Assembly: GCF_009914755.1 (NCBI RefSeq)
Contig: NC_060936.1
DNA from: the human T2T-CHM13v2.0 reference genome, Homo sapiens
Strand: one strand, 5' to 3'
DNA: 64,000 nt
Part shown: positions 1 to 13,249 of the stretch, piece by piece
Layout of the letters: the number at the start of each line of letters is the position of its first letter
Position numbering within the stretch: position 1 is the stretch's first letter
Translations under genes and position numbers: made by a program
Notes under the pieces: generated by a model
Databases searched by the model: none
What the model was told of the DNA's origin: nothing
Seen by the model: the letters and a program-made list of their open reading frames with translations, nothing else

Positions 1-1794
1 AGCTTGGCTCCTCAGTGGTCTGACAGCAGGTTCTGCCATGTGCTTCAGACCAGGGTCATTGCTTATTGCCTTTGTGTTAGATTCTGAGTTCCAGTCTCAA
101 GTTCTACCTCCTGTCCAATCTTCAGCTAATCCAGGTCTTGGACCCTCCTTCATTCTGCCTTCACTCCATTCTCCATAGCAAATCCCCAGAATGACATGCA
201 ATTTGACAAAACAAAAACACATTCTGGAATATCTTGTTATGCCTAAAGCATTCCACCAGAAAATTTCCTCAGTTCTCATAGACTATTGAGCATTAACTGT
301 TTCCAAATACTATCAAAGAGTGCATTTTTGTGAAGAGCTATGCAAAGGTAACACATCATGATTTGTGGGGTTTATCATATTTAACTTTGCTTTTATCTGA
401 GTTTCAGAGTTCCTGAAGAATCTCTGTTGGATCAACCAAGTAACTTTTCATACGCAGTTATTTTTGTGTGCGCAAACATACTGAGAATTTGAACAATTAA
501 ACATTCTACAATCCTGGGCCAAAGCAAAATTTTCCTCTCTTTCTAATTCCACTTGGCTTTCAAGTTGCTGACAGGGATCCTTATTACCAGCTGACTACCA
601 CTCTATTGGCAGTATTTTTGTTATTGTTTTTATTTATGCACGCCTCTTGGGCAAAGGCCACCCTTCTCTCTGCAAGACTCCAGTAAACCTTTGCCTCTTC
701 ATTAGCATTTGAATCTCTGAGCTCCTATAACAAGGTCTTTGCTGGCCTCACACCAGTCTGAGTCCCTCAGAACAGAATTTTTCACAGACCTTCTTGCTTC
801 TGCCTTTCATTATTCTCAGATCTTTTTGGTGTTTTTGTTTAGTTTGGTTTTGTTTGCTCTTGAATACCAAGAGTCCATCTTTGGTAGTATACTAAATATA
901 ATGAAGCTTTAGAAGTATTCAGTGGGGAACATTAATGAAAAGTTAAAAAAAAAAAAAAAGAAAGAAAGAAGCCAAATTGATGACTGTTGTTCTAAATGCA
1001 GATGGCACTGATTAGTTTGCTGAGATCCTTCTCTGAAATAAGCTCAGCACCATCACCTCCTTATCTCCAAATCAGCTTTCCTGCCAGACATGATGGCTGG
1101 GACAATGCAGATGGCTCTGGAGCAGGAGCTTCTCTCAGAACCCAGTCCTTATCACGGCTTTGACTGGCAAAGGCTGTCATTCATTCTGTCACTCACAGTG
1201 GGGACACAATGGATCATGTCTGCCTTGCACATCATAGGTAACTAGACTAACTGGGGCTGGATTTAATTCCTTGGTTAAAATAGAGGAGAAGAGATAAATC
1301 ATTGATTATAGAATATCTGATTTCCCTTTAATTCACTTGTCACTGAAACTGTAACCTTGTGTTCTAGATTGGTTAAATTTGTCAGCATCCCTAATAGAAA
1401 CCACCATTGTAATAAGATTTTTTTTTCAAACCGCTATATATTTAAAAGTCAGACTGAAATATATGTGAGTCTTTCAACTCTGTCTGTGACAGTCTTTTCT
1501 TTGAAAAGCAGCAGTATGGTTTTGATGTGCTTTGGAATTCTTATCCTAACATTTTAAAGTAAAATGGGCATTAATTATCTTGATAGAGCTTCCTTGAAAA
1601 AATAGGTTAGGTAAAAATGAAAATATAAACATATTAAATATAAAGGTATTTTAGGTGAAAGTCTACTGTTCATGCAATATTCTGGATGGTGACAAGGGGA
1701 GATTCATTTACACATCTAAAGCAGCTTAGAATATTGACAAAGTGTTTGAAACAGAACTATAATAATAATCACTATTTGCCTATTTGCTATCATT

Positions 1795-1943
1795 TTCTTT
1801 TTTTCTTTTTATTTATTTATTTATTTTTATTATTATACTTTAAGTTCTAGGGTACATGTGCACAATGTTCAAGTTTGTTACATATGTATACATGTGCCAT
1901 GTTGGTGTGCTGCACCCATTAACTTGTCATTTACATTAGGTAT
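1795..1943 (-). mobile_element. 5'-truncated L1PA 3' end (~150 bp) with 14-bp TSD
   Basis: T-rich tail followed by TTATACTTTAAGTTCTAGGGTACATGTGCAC...CATTTACATTAGGTAT (antisense L1PA 3' UTR); perfect TSD TATTTGCTATCATT at 1781-1794 and 1941-1954. Confidence 0.95.
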
Positions 1944-3090
1944 TTGCTATCATTCTATGTTATTGCACATCACAAATGTTGTACTTTTTCTTATATATTA
2001 ATATAATCAGATAGAAGGAGCAATAACTCTTAGCTACGTTAATTATTGAGTTTTTGAAAAACTAATTAATGGTGTCAGACCTGATTTGCTTTGTTGTTGA
2101 AGGAAGGTATTGAAGATATTAAGATATGCAAACACTCCGTAGTATACAATAAAACATATTTATAATGTTTGCCCAGGATATTAGTTTTCCACTGGGTTAC
2201 AGCACTGAGAATGAAGAGGCTAATATTACTTTGTGGACTTCTGCTCAGTAGTGGGAAAATAGTCACAATATTCAGGAAAAAACACATAGAGTTAATATGT
2301 CCAAGGTGTATACTTGTGAATTTTACTGGAGCAGCAAACTATGAAATATAACTCTTGATTTCCTAAGAAAATCAACATGGTAGCTTTATCTCATTATTTA
2401 ATTTTGTGTCATATTTTATGCTTTTGTTGTAATATAATTTATCCAAATAATTTTAACTATAAAAGGTCAGTGCACTAAAATGAGAGTTTCTTTAAGAAAT
2501 ATCATTCTGGTGCACAGAACAACTCCTTTTAGGATAAGGCATATAAAAAAGTTTTCTTTTAGAAATAGTCATAGCCCTTTCTAGGTTTATGTATGTATAT
2601 GCAAATTAAGGAGGCATTCCTCCTCATTTAACAATTCTCATTCAAAAGTTTTTATTGCATGCGGACGCAACACAATCCATTATCCTTACTATTCAACAAA
2701 TCTGGCCAATAATATGCCAAATCTTCAATGTATCCTCTATAATCAATGAACGGCTGATTCATCCTGGCATATGTGATTCAAAGAGAAGGAATAAAGAGAG
2801 GTTGCTAAGTAGATGCTTTGGGAAAGGAGAATAATGCACTGCTTTTGTGGTGACCATTGTATGTCACTGGCTAGCTCAGTTGCTGAGCTAATTGCTGAAG
2901 TTGATTACTGCTGAGTCAGATACTCATCTCTGGTCCAATCAGTGGCCAACTCCATGTAAGCACCAGACTGACATTTCTTCCCAGAATATAGTTCTCCATA
3001 TAAGGAAGTGTCAACCTAAAGGAGAATTTGAACATAGTAGCCATGCAACTGATGTGTTCAGAACATCAACTTTCTCTGTACATGCAATGT

Positions 3091-3819
3091 CATAACCACC
3101 TAGTGGGTTCACCTTGCCTGCTGCCTAGACAGAGCCAATTTATCAAGACAGGGGAATTGCAATGGAGAAAGAGTAATTCACGCAGAGTGGGCTGTGTGGG
3201 AGACCGGAGTTTTATTGTTACTCAAATCTGTCTCCCCAAGCATTCAGGGATCAAAGTTTTTAAAGATAATTTGGTGGGTTGGGGCTTGGGAAGTGGGGAG
3301 TGTTGATTGGTCAGGTTGAAGATGGAATCATGGGGGTCGCTGTGAGTTTTTCTTGCTGTCTTCTGTTCCTAGGTGGGATGGCAGAACTGGTTGAGCCAGA
3401 TTACCAGTGTGTGTGGTATCAGCTGATCCATCCAGGGCAGGGTCTGCAAAATATCTCAAGCACTGATCTTAGGTTCTACAATAGTGATGTTATCCCAGGA
3501 GCAATTTGGGGCAGTTCAGACTCTTGGAGCCAGAGGCTGCATGACCCCTAAACTGTAATTTCTAATCTTGTAGCTAAACTGTTAGTCCTGCAAAGGCAGA
3601 CTGGTCCCCAGGCAAGAAGAGGGTCTTTTTGGAAAAGGGCTGTTATCAATTTTGTTTCAGAGTCACACTATGAACTGAATTCCTTCCCAAAGTTAGTTCA
3701 GCCTACACCCAAGAATGAACAAGGACAGCTTAAAAGTTAGAAGCAAGATGGAGTTAGTTAGGTCTGATTTTTTTCACTGTCATAATTTCCTCAGTTATAA
3801 TTGTGCAAAAGTGGTTTCA
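3091..3819 (-). mobile_element. LTR8/LTR8A solo LTR (ERV1)
   Basis: Reverse complement begins TGAAACCACTTTTGCACAATTATAACTGAGGAAATTATGACAGTG, as in LTR8; 4-bp TSD ATGT at 3087-3090 and 3820-3823. Confidence 0.88.
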
Positions 3820-4478
3820 ATGTGACTAGGGGGATTTGAGAATTTTAAACTTTTCTCCACTCGAGAAATGGGACCACTGCTCTGCTTTCCTATACCTGTC
3901 ACGTCTTTCCAGTTTCTCAAATGGTACCCACAGGTACCATGTCCAGGTCAGAGCTGTGACCCTAAAAGAAGAAGAAGAGTACCACCAAAAATGGGGAAGA
4001 TAAATGGACAACCAGATGCGAAGAGGATGGGACCTCCAACCTTGCCCTGAACATTGCTCTCAACTGTGAATTTAGGGATGGGAAGTAAAATTCAGAATTC
4101 TGAGAGACAGACTGGAGGAGCAATGGAGCTTGGTTCTTCAGAGAAGCCCAGTGGAATTTCATAGACTTCCAGTTTGTTATACAATAATTATCACCTGATC
4201 TCAGTTGTTATAATCCCTGCTAGTCTTTGTCTGAGCCATTCCTTTATTCTCACGAAAACTTATCAGATGACCTTGATCCCAGGGTTCAGCTTCCTTGATC
4301 ACCTGCAAAGATGAGGATGAAGTCATTCCTTGGAATCTTGCAGAGATTAACCATCTTTGACACCAATCCTCTTCTTAAACGGACCAAAGCAATACTATAA
4401 AATGAAGGATGCTGGGCCATCAACATAGATGACCTCATAGAGGCCACAAGATCCATTCTCTTCCTATGTGCTGTCTTT

Positions 4479-4612
4479 TTTTTGTTTTTGTTTTAAGAGA
4501 TGGAGTCTTACTATGTTGTCTAGGCTTGACTCAAACTGCTGGGCTCAAGCAATCCTCCTGCCTCAACCTTCTAAGCAGCTGGGACTACATGTGCATGCCA
4601 CTGTGCCCAACC
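4479..4612 (-). mobile_element. FLAM_A-type Alu monomer
   Basis: Antisense monomer (GGGCTCAAGCAATCCTCCTGCCTC...GCTGGGACTACA); perfect 16-bp TSD CCTATGTGCTGTCTTT at 4463-4478 and 4613-4628. Confidence 0.9.
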
Positions 4613-4994
4613 CCTATGTGCTGTCTTTGTAGTTGCTTGCTAATATGGTCTAGATGACTATTTATAATTAGAAAATCAATGGAAGGAACATTTTCTGTAT
4701 CTTGTCTATATCTAAGTATGCGACTATAGTATATAATTTTGTTATTTCAAAAGGATTAATATCTATTCTGATCTTTTAATGTTCTATTTCAGTAGTAAAA
4801 TGTAACCTGAAAGTACAATTAATTAATTCATTCATTCATATAGTATTTATCCAGTGCCAACTATTCCAATTCTTATACTTCTTCATATTAGTGAAATTTG
4901 TAAGCAATATATGAAGAATAGCATTATGGATTTTTAACAGAATGTCAATATTAAGGTAAAATGCTTATGGCCTTATTTTTCCATTTTGAATAGT

Positions 4995-5400
4995 ATTCAA
5001 AAAATAAATCTCAGAGATGAAACAAATGAAAGAGAGATTTTTAAAAACAATTCAAAAGATCAACCAACCAAACTATTGGTTTTTCGAAAAGATAAAAAAA
5101 TCAACAAAACTTCAACTAGACTAAGAAAAAAAGAGAAGACCCAAATAAATAAAATCAGAGATGAAAATGGAGACATGATAACTAACATCACAGAAATACA
5201 AAGGATCATAAGAGATTATTAAGAACAACTATATGCCAACAAATTTGAGAACATAGAAGAAATTTATAAATTCTTAAGACACATACAAGCTACCAAGATT
5301 AAAGTATAAAGAAATAGAAACACTGAACCAACCGATCACAAGTGAGAAAATTGAATTAGTAAACAACAACAACAAAATCTTTCATCAAAAAAATCCCAGG
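4995..5400 (+). mobile_element. Host L1MA (about L1MA4-6), ORF2 fragment, first part
   Basis: ORF 4986-5222 reads KTQINKIRDENGDMITNITEIQRIIRDY (L1 ORF2p); breaks at AAAAAAATCCCAGG and resumes at 7303. Confidence 0.85.
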
Positions 5401-7302
5401 AAATATCCAGGATTAAACATAACCAAAACAGTGAAAGATATCTACAATGAAAACTAAAACAATGTAAGAAATCAAAGAAGGAACAAAAAAATGGAAAGAC
5501 ATTCTATGTTTATGGATTGGAAAACTCAATATTGGTAAAACGTCAATACTACCAAAATCATTCTACAGATTCAATATCTCTGTCAAAATGCCAATGATGT
5601 TCTTCACAGAAATAGAAAAAAATTTCCTAAAATTTATATGGAACCACAAAAGATTCAAAGCAGCCAAAGTCATTCCGAGCAAAAAAAAAAACAAAATGGG
5701 AGGAATCACATTACCTGACTTCAAATTATGCTACAGAGTTATGGTAACCAAAACAGCACAGCCCTGGCATTAAAAACAAACACATAGACGAATGGAACAG
5801 AATAGAGAACACATAAATAAATGCATCCATTTACAGTGAACTCAGTTTTGACGAAGTTGCCAAGAACACATGTTGGGGAAAGAATACTCTTTTCACTAAA
5901 TGGTGCTGGGAAACTTGGATATCCATATGCAAAAGAATAAAGCTAGACTCTTCTCACAAAATACAAACATCAAATCAAAATGAAGTAAAGATTTAAATCT
6001 AAGTCCTGAAACTAATGAAACGACTACAAGAAAACATTGGAGAATCTCTCCAGGACATTGGACTGGGCAAAGATTTCTTAAGTAATACCCAAAAAGCATC
6101 AGCAACAAAGCAACAAAGCAAAATGGACAAATGAGACCATATCAAGTTAAAAAGCTTTTATACAGCAAAAGAAACAATCAACAAAGTGAACAGACAACCC
6201 ATAGAATGGGGGTCATGAACTCTCCATCTGACAAGGAATTAATAGGCAGAATATGTAATGCACTCAAACAACTCAATAGAAAAATATCTAATAATCCAAT
6301 TTAAAAATGGGCAAAAGGGCTGAATACAGATTTCTCAAAAGAAGACATACAAATGGCAATCATGTATATGAAAAGAAGATCAACATCATGGATCATGAGA
6401 GAAATGCAAATCAAAACTAAAATGAGATATTATTTTACCCCAGTTAACATGGCTTGTCTCAAAAAATGGGCAGTAATGAATGCTGGTGAGAATATGAAGA
6501 AAGAGGAACTTTTGTGCACTGTTGGTGGTTACACCATAAATTAGTACAGCCACTATGAATAACCTTATGAAAGTTCCTCAAAAAACTAAAAATAGACCTC
6601 CTATATGATCCAGCAATTTCACTGCTGAGTATATACCCAAAAGAAAGGAAATAAGTTTATCAAAGTAATATCTGCACTCCTGTGTTTACTGCAGTTCTGC
6701 TTACAATAGCCAAGATTTGGAAGCAACCTAAGTGTCCATCAACAGATGAATGGATAAAGAAAATGCAGTACATGTATAGAATAGAGAACGATTCAGCCAT
6801 GAAAAAGAATGAGATTCTGTCATTTGCAACAACATGAATGGAACTGGAGGACATTATGTTAAGTGAAGTAAGCCAGGCACAGCCAGACAAACTTCACATG
6901 TCCTCACTCATTTGTGGAATCTAAAACTAAAAGCAATTGAACTTATGGAGATGGAGAGTAGAATAATGGTTACCAGAGGCTGGGAAGGGTAGTGAGGTTG
7001 GGGGTGAGGAAGTAGGGATGGGTAATGGGAAGAAAAAATATAATTAGATGTAATGAATAAGATCTAGTATTTGATAGCACAGCAGGGTTACTACAGTCAA
7101 CATTAATTTACTGTATATTTTTAAATAACTAGAGTATAATCAGAATGTTCATAACACAAAGAAATGATAAGTGCTTGAGATCAAGGATACCCCCTTTACC
7201 CTGATGTGATTATCATATATTGAATCCCTGTATCAAAATATCTCATGTACTCTATAAATCTATGTTGCTACAACATACCCAGACATTTTTTAATGAAAAA
7301 AA
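5401..7302 (+). mobile_element. Nested 5'-truncated L1MA2/3-like element
   Basis: ORF2 C-terminal remnants ([10 protein letters not shown]), a 3' UTR with AATAAGATCTAGTATTTGATAGCAC, and an A tail; degenerate TSD AAAAAAATCCCAGGA (5387-5401) / AAAAAAGGCCCACGA (7297-7311). Confidence 0.85.
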
Positions 7303-9691
7303 GGCCCACGACCCATTGGCTTCACTGCTGAATTCTTCCATAGATTTAAAGAAGAACTAATACTAAGTCCCCTCAAACACTTCCAGAAAATTGAAGACGG
7401 GGAAGCACTTCAAAACTCATGAGGCCATATTACTCTTATTCCAAAACCAGACAAGGACACAACAAAAAAATAAACTACAGGCCAATATTACTGATGAACA
7501 TAGATACAAAAATTCTCAACAAGATACTAGCAAACTAGCAAGCAGTACATTAAAAAGATAATTCACTATCACCAAGGGAGATTTATCCAGGGATTCAAGG
7601 ATGGTTTAACATGTAGAAATCAATAAATGCATTAAAACACATTAATAAAAAGACAAAAACGTGATCATTTCAATAGATGCAGAGAAAGCATTTGACAACG
7701 TTCAACATCCTTTCATGATAAAAAAAAAAAACTCTTAAAAAATTAGGTATGGAGAATATGCATCTCAACACAATGAAGGCCATGTATGACAAACCTGTAG
7801 CTAACATCATACTGAATGGGGAAAACCTGAAACCTCTAAGATCAGAAACATTACAAAGGTGCCTACTTTTACCACTCCTATTCAATGTAGTATTGAAAGT
7901 TCTAGCCAGAGCAATTAGGCAAAAAAAGAAATAAAAGGCATCCCTGTTAAAAATAAGAAGTTAAATTGTCCCTATTTGCAGGAGATGTGATCTTGTATAT
8001 AAAGTATCCTAAAACACTGAAAAACTGTTTGGACTATTACATGAATCCAGTAGTTATAAGAAACAAAATCAACATATAAAAATCAGTAGCATTTCTATGC
8101 ACTAATAGTGAACTACCTTAAGAGGAAATCAATGAAACAATTATATTTATAATAGCTAGCAAAAAAAATAGCTAGGAACAAACTTAACCAAGAAGGTGAA
8201 AAATCTCTTCTCTACATTGAAAACTATAAAACATTGATAGAAGAAATTGAAGAAAACACAAATAAATGAAAAGATAGATTTTGTTCATGGATTTAAAGAA
8301 TTAACACTGTTAAAACAGCCATACTACCCAAAGTGATCTACAAGTTTAATGCAATCATTGTCAAAATACCAATGACATTTTTCACAGGAATAAAGACAAA
8401 AATTCTAAAATTCATATGAAAACACAAAAGACCCTGAACAGCCAAAGCAATCCTAAGCAAAAATTAAAAATCTGAAGGTATCACACTACTTGACTCCAAA
8501 ATATACTACAAAGCTGCAGTAACCAAAACAGCATGGTACTGTCATAAAAACAAACATATACACCAATGGAACACAATAAAAATCCCAGAAAAAAATTTAC
8601 ACACTTACAGCCAACTGATTTTTGACAAAGGTGGCACAATATATATTGGGAAAAAGATAGTTTATTCAATAAATGGTGCTGGGGTAATTAGATATTCACA
8701 TCCAGAAGAATGATACTCAGCCCCTACGTCTCACCATATACAAAAATCAACTCAAAATGGGATTAAAGACTCAAATATAAACTGCCAAACTATGAAACTG
8801 CTATAAAATAGCATAAGGGAAATGCTTTATAACAGTGGGCTGGGTAAGGATTTTTAAAATAAGGCCCCAGAAGCGCGGGCAACAAAAGCAAAAATAGGCG
8901 TATGGGATTACAACAAACTAAAATGCTTTGCACAGCAAAAGAAACCCTTAACAGACAACCTACAGAATGGAAGAAAATATTTGCAAACTATAGCAAACTA
9001 TACGTCTGACAAGGAGTTAATATCCAGAATATATAAAGAACTTAAACAACTCCACAGAAAAAATATAATAATCAAATTTTTTAAATGAGCAAATGATCTC
9101 AATAGACATTTCCCAAAAGAAGACAAACAAATGACCAACTGACCAACAGGTATATGAAGAAAATGTTCAACATAACTAATCAGGAAAATGCAGATAAAAA
9201 CCACAATGAGATATCACCTCAATCCTGTTAGAATGGCTACTATCAAAAAGACCAAAGAAAATATATATTGGCAAATATATGGAGAAAAGAGAACACTTAC
9301 ACACTGTTGGTGGGATTGTAAATTAGTGCAGCCACTATGAAAAAGAGATGGAGTTTTCTCAAAAAATTATAAAATAGAACTACCATATGCTCCAGCAATC
9401 CAACTACTAGGTATTTATCCAATGAAAATGAAATTTGTACATAGAAGAGACAACTACACTCCCATGTTTATTGTGGCACTATCTACAATAGTGAAAATAT
9501 GGAATTTCCCTAAGTATCCAACAATTAATGAATGGAAAAACAATAAATAGATAAAGAATATGTGGTTTATATACACAGTGAAACCCTATTCAGCCATGAA
9601 AAAGAATAAAATACTATCATTTGTGACAACATAGATGGGCCTGGAGGATATAATGTTAAGTGAAATAAGCCAGACACAGAAAGACAGATAC

Positions 9692-10010
9692 TATTCAGAG
9701 TTTCTATTTCTTCCTGATTTAATCTGGGAGGGTTGTATGCTTCCAGGAATTTATCCATTTCCTCTAGATTTTCTGGTTTGTGCACATAAAGATTTTCATC
9801 ATAGCCTTAAATGATATTTTGTATTTCCGTGGTATTGGTAGTAATATCTCCAGTTTCATTTTTAATTGAGCTTACTTGAAACTTCTCTCTTCTTTTCTTG
9901 GTTAATTTCTCTAATGGCCTTTCAATTTTGTTTATCTTTTCAAGGAACCATCTTTTTGTTTCATTTACATTTTGTATTTTTTTGTTTCAATTTCTTTTAG
10001 TTCTGCTCTG
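9692..10010 (-). mobile_element. Inverted L1PB-like ORF2 fragment
   Basis: Minus strand encodes [30 protein letters not shown] (ORF2p, between EN and RT). Confidence 0.88.
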
Positions 10011-10083
10011 AATTCACCACTAAAGAACTCATCCATGTAACCAATAACTACCTGTATGCCCAAAACTATTAAAATTTTAAAAA
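10011..10083 (+). mobile_element. L1PB-like extreme 3' end
   Basis: AATTCACCACTAAAGAACTCATCCATGTAACCAATAACTACCTGTATGCCCAAAACTATT matches the L1PB 3' terminus. Confidence 0.8.
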
Positions 10084-12734
10084 GTTTTTATCATGGAAGA
10101 AGAGAATAAAGCAGTGTTTACCAGAGACTGGAGAGGGGAAGTGGGGGAGGGGAGGATAGAGAGAGTTGTATACGGTACAATGTTGCAATTAGATAGGAGG
10201 AATAAGTTCTGGTGTTCTACTGCACAGTAGGGCAACCATTGTTATCAGTAAGTATTGTATATTACAAAAAGGCTAGGAGAGAGGCTTTTGAATGGTCTCA
10301 CTACAAATGAATGATAAATGCACAAGGTGATGAGTATGTTAAGTACCCTGATTTGATCATTATACAACATATATATATATGAAAACATCAAATTGTACCC
10401 TATAAATATGTATAAGTACAATGTGCCAATAAAAACAAGAAAGTTAAAAAAAGCATTTCAATTTATGTAAAGATATCAAAGATTTCTGGCAGTCTTATGG
10501 TATATTAATCTCAAAATAATTTTATCATAAAATGTAATTATGTTAGGTCCAATAAAATGCAATGCATATTATAAAATTGTATACTTCAGGTTTCTACTCA
10601 TTTTTAACACAGACATTTTATGTTTCTTTCTTCATGTTAAAGCAGCTTCCCTGAGTTAGAATCTATACTGGTGATCAAATAAGTTGATTATATCATTCTG
10701 TTGCAGTAGAATAGCAGACAGAGTTCAATGAGGCTTTTTATCTTAAATTATATTTTCAACTTGACCTCATTAAATTTTTTTTCTCCTGTTTGTCATTGTT
10801 AGGCTTACTGTTTTTCATATTTCCTCTCAGCGCCTTTACCATTTTAAAAGTGTCTTAGGAAATAACTCTTGCCTGGACAGTTCATTATTTCTAATAGTGA
10901 CAACATATCGAATGGCATAGTGAACTGATTTCATTGTGCCTCATGACCCACTCTTAGACAAGCTCAGGTAGATTTCCTAGTTGCTGATGAGTTTTTAGAA
11001 AATCATTAAATGTCAAAAGCTATTTTCATGTTCACGTTTGTTTTCAAATGTATTCTTAAACTATCTCTAGGACAGAAAAACTACCACCGTCTAACAAATG
11101 AAAAAAAGAAAAAACAACTTTCTTGCTTAGGCTTTGTTTTTTAGAGTAAAGAAACAAATAGGAAACTGGGTGAAATGTTTTTCCTAACATAGGACCTACA
11201 TTGCGGTTGCAGTGAAGCTGATCTGTTTTTAAATATAATGCCTGTTTCTGTGCACTTTTATAATAATTAATTTTTCATTTTTTGATTTAAGATATATATA
11301 TCATATATATGATATATGATATACATAATATATATATTTAAAATTTTACATAATTATCGATAGGGATATAATTTTGATTTAAAATAAAATTAGTTAGCAT
11401 AAAGTGCAGCTTTTCAAACATGTTTCAAGAAAAAACTGTACTGAAATGTAATCAGATGAGCAATGCTATTAGACACAACCACTGGAGAGTCTAAAGCAAC
11501 TCATAATGAATTAAAAGAAAAGAGCCATTAAACTGGAGAATCCCAACAATCAAGCGGAGACATTTCAGGCTCTTAGGCATCACTGCTGGAATAAATATGT
11601 TATTACACTAAGCTTTTATGAAAGGCCGTTACATTTTTACCAACTTTAATCTGTTTCATTTTTGTGTTTAAAGGATGGGAGTTGCATTAAAATAAAAATT
11701 CCATTTGGGTTATTATCTCCCCAGCTGTCTTTACAGACCATGGGGCTGGCCAGAGAATGTTCTCATTATGTGTGGCGAGCAGTTAGTCAGTGATTGATGC
11801 TGCATTAATGCACGGCACAGACGCGTTCCTTTTGTTACTGAATATTAGACAAATTAGTTCTTATAAATTCATGACCCACCCTCCCCCTCCTGTCGGTGTG
11901 TCTTCCTCCTCCCTCTTCTCACTTCTTTACTGACTCAGCTACTGTGGATGGTTAATACTGCTAAAACCTTCAGTGAGAATGAACTAAGGCATCAGGAGGA
12001 GGAAATTGACAAAGGGCTGAAAACAGACATTGATTCTTGCAGGCAAACAATATACAAAGGGTTCTAGTCATTTTCTGGGATTCCTCAGTGCAGTAATGAC
12101 AAATAAATGTTTTGTTGTCCCAGTCCCAAATTAATTTTTCCTCCCACTTTTGGTGAGGAATCATTTATCTTCTCAGTTGCTTTTAATCTACTTCTTTTGG
12201 GATAGAGAGAGATGAGTTGCAAAATAATTTGATCGAGACAGTGTTTTTATCCAGGAAGCACAGCGTGGGGATGCATACACCTTTCTTCCTCTTGCCCCCA
12301 ATTTTTGTATTGGAATTTTTCATTGAACTTTTGAAATTCCAGTACAAATATTAAAACTGAAAGATAAACTTCTGCAAATGATCACTGTTTTCCAATTGGA
12401 TTGTGTGTAATATATATTTATTTTGAAAGGGTATGACAGTGAATATCAAGTATTTAGAGTTCTGATAATATATTACATGTATATTATTACCAATAATAAT
12501 ATTAGTTATTATTCTTATTAAAACTAGTATTTTTAGTGTTTACTGGAGGATATTCAGTCTGTGTTAAACTTTATGTTTTCTCATTTAATCTTGAAATGAT
12601 CAATTTCCAATTGTACAGATGATGAAAGTGAACACGAGATTAAGCCCCTTGTCCAATGTTTCCTAGTTTATAAGCAGATCTTGTGCGCATCCCCTGAAAA
12701 GGTGCAGTATGAACTATATTTGGTTTATAAATTG

Positions 12735-13061
<327 letters not shown>

Positions 13062-13249
13062 AAATTGATTATGTTTTCAAATTCTATAATATTAGACATC
13101 CTTGAAGGTTCCTTTAAGCATTATTTTTTAGTGCTCTAAATTTTAATTTTTAATATAGTAAATACAGATATATCAGTATTGCTGTATTTATTTGGCATTG
13201 ATATAAACAATCTAACCAAAAGCTTGATGGTGGATGGTACTAAATAATT

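Larger units (their letters stand above)
7303..10452 (+). mobile_element. Host L1MA (about L1MA4-6), remainder of ORF2 and 3' UTR
   Basis: Resumes at GGCTTCACTGCTGAATTC; RT remnants ([13 protein letters not shown]); L1MA-type 3' UTR ending AATAAAAACAAGAAAGTTAAAAAAA; interrupted at 9692-10083. Confidence 0.88.

Noticed and set aside
945-971. Poly(A)/(GAAA) tract as a possible retrocopy tail (also 57094-57116)
   Set aside because: No recognisable upstream element body or convincing TSD
8983-9002. 10-bp tandem duplication GCAAACTATA
   Set aside because: Ordinary slippage micro-duplication inside a dead L1
9567-9785. ORF with L1 ORF2-like N-terminus
   Set aside because: Chimeric read-through across the inversion junction into antisense host 3' UTR
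11290-11342. AT palindromes (ATATCATATATATGATAT)
   Set aside because: Expected in (TA)n-like low-complexity DNA
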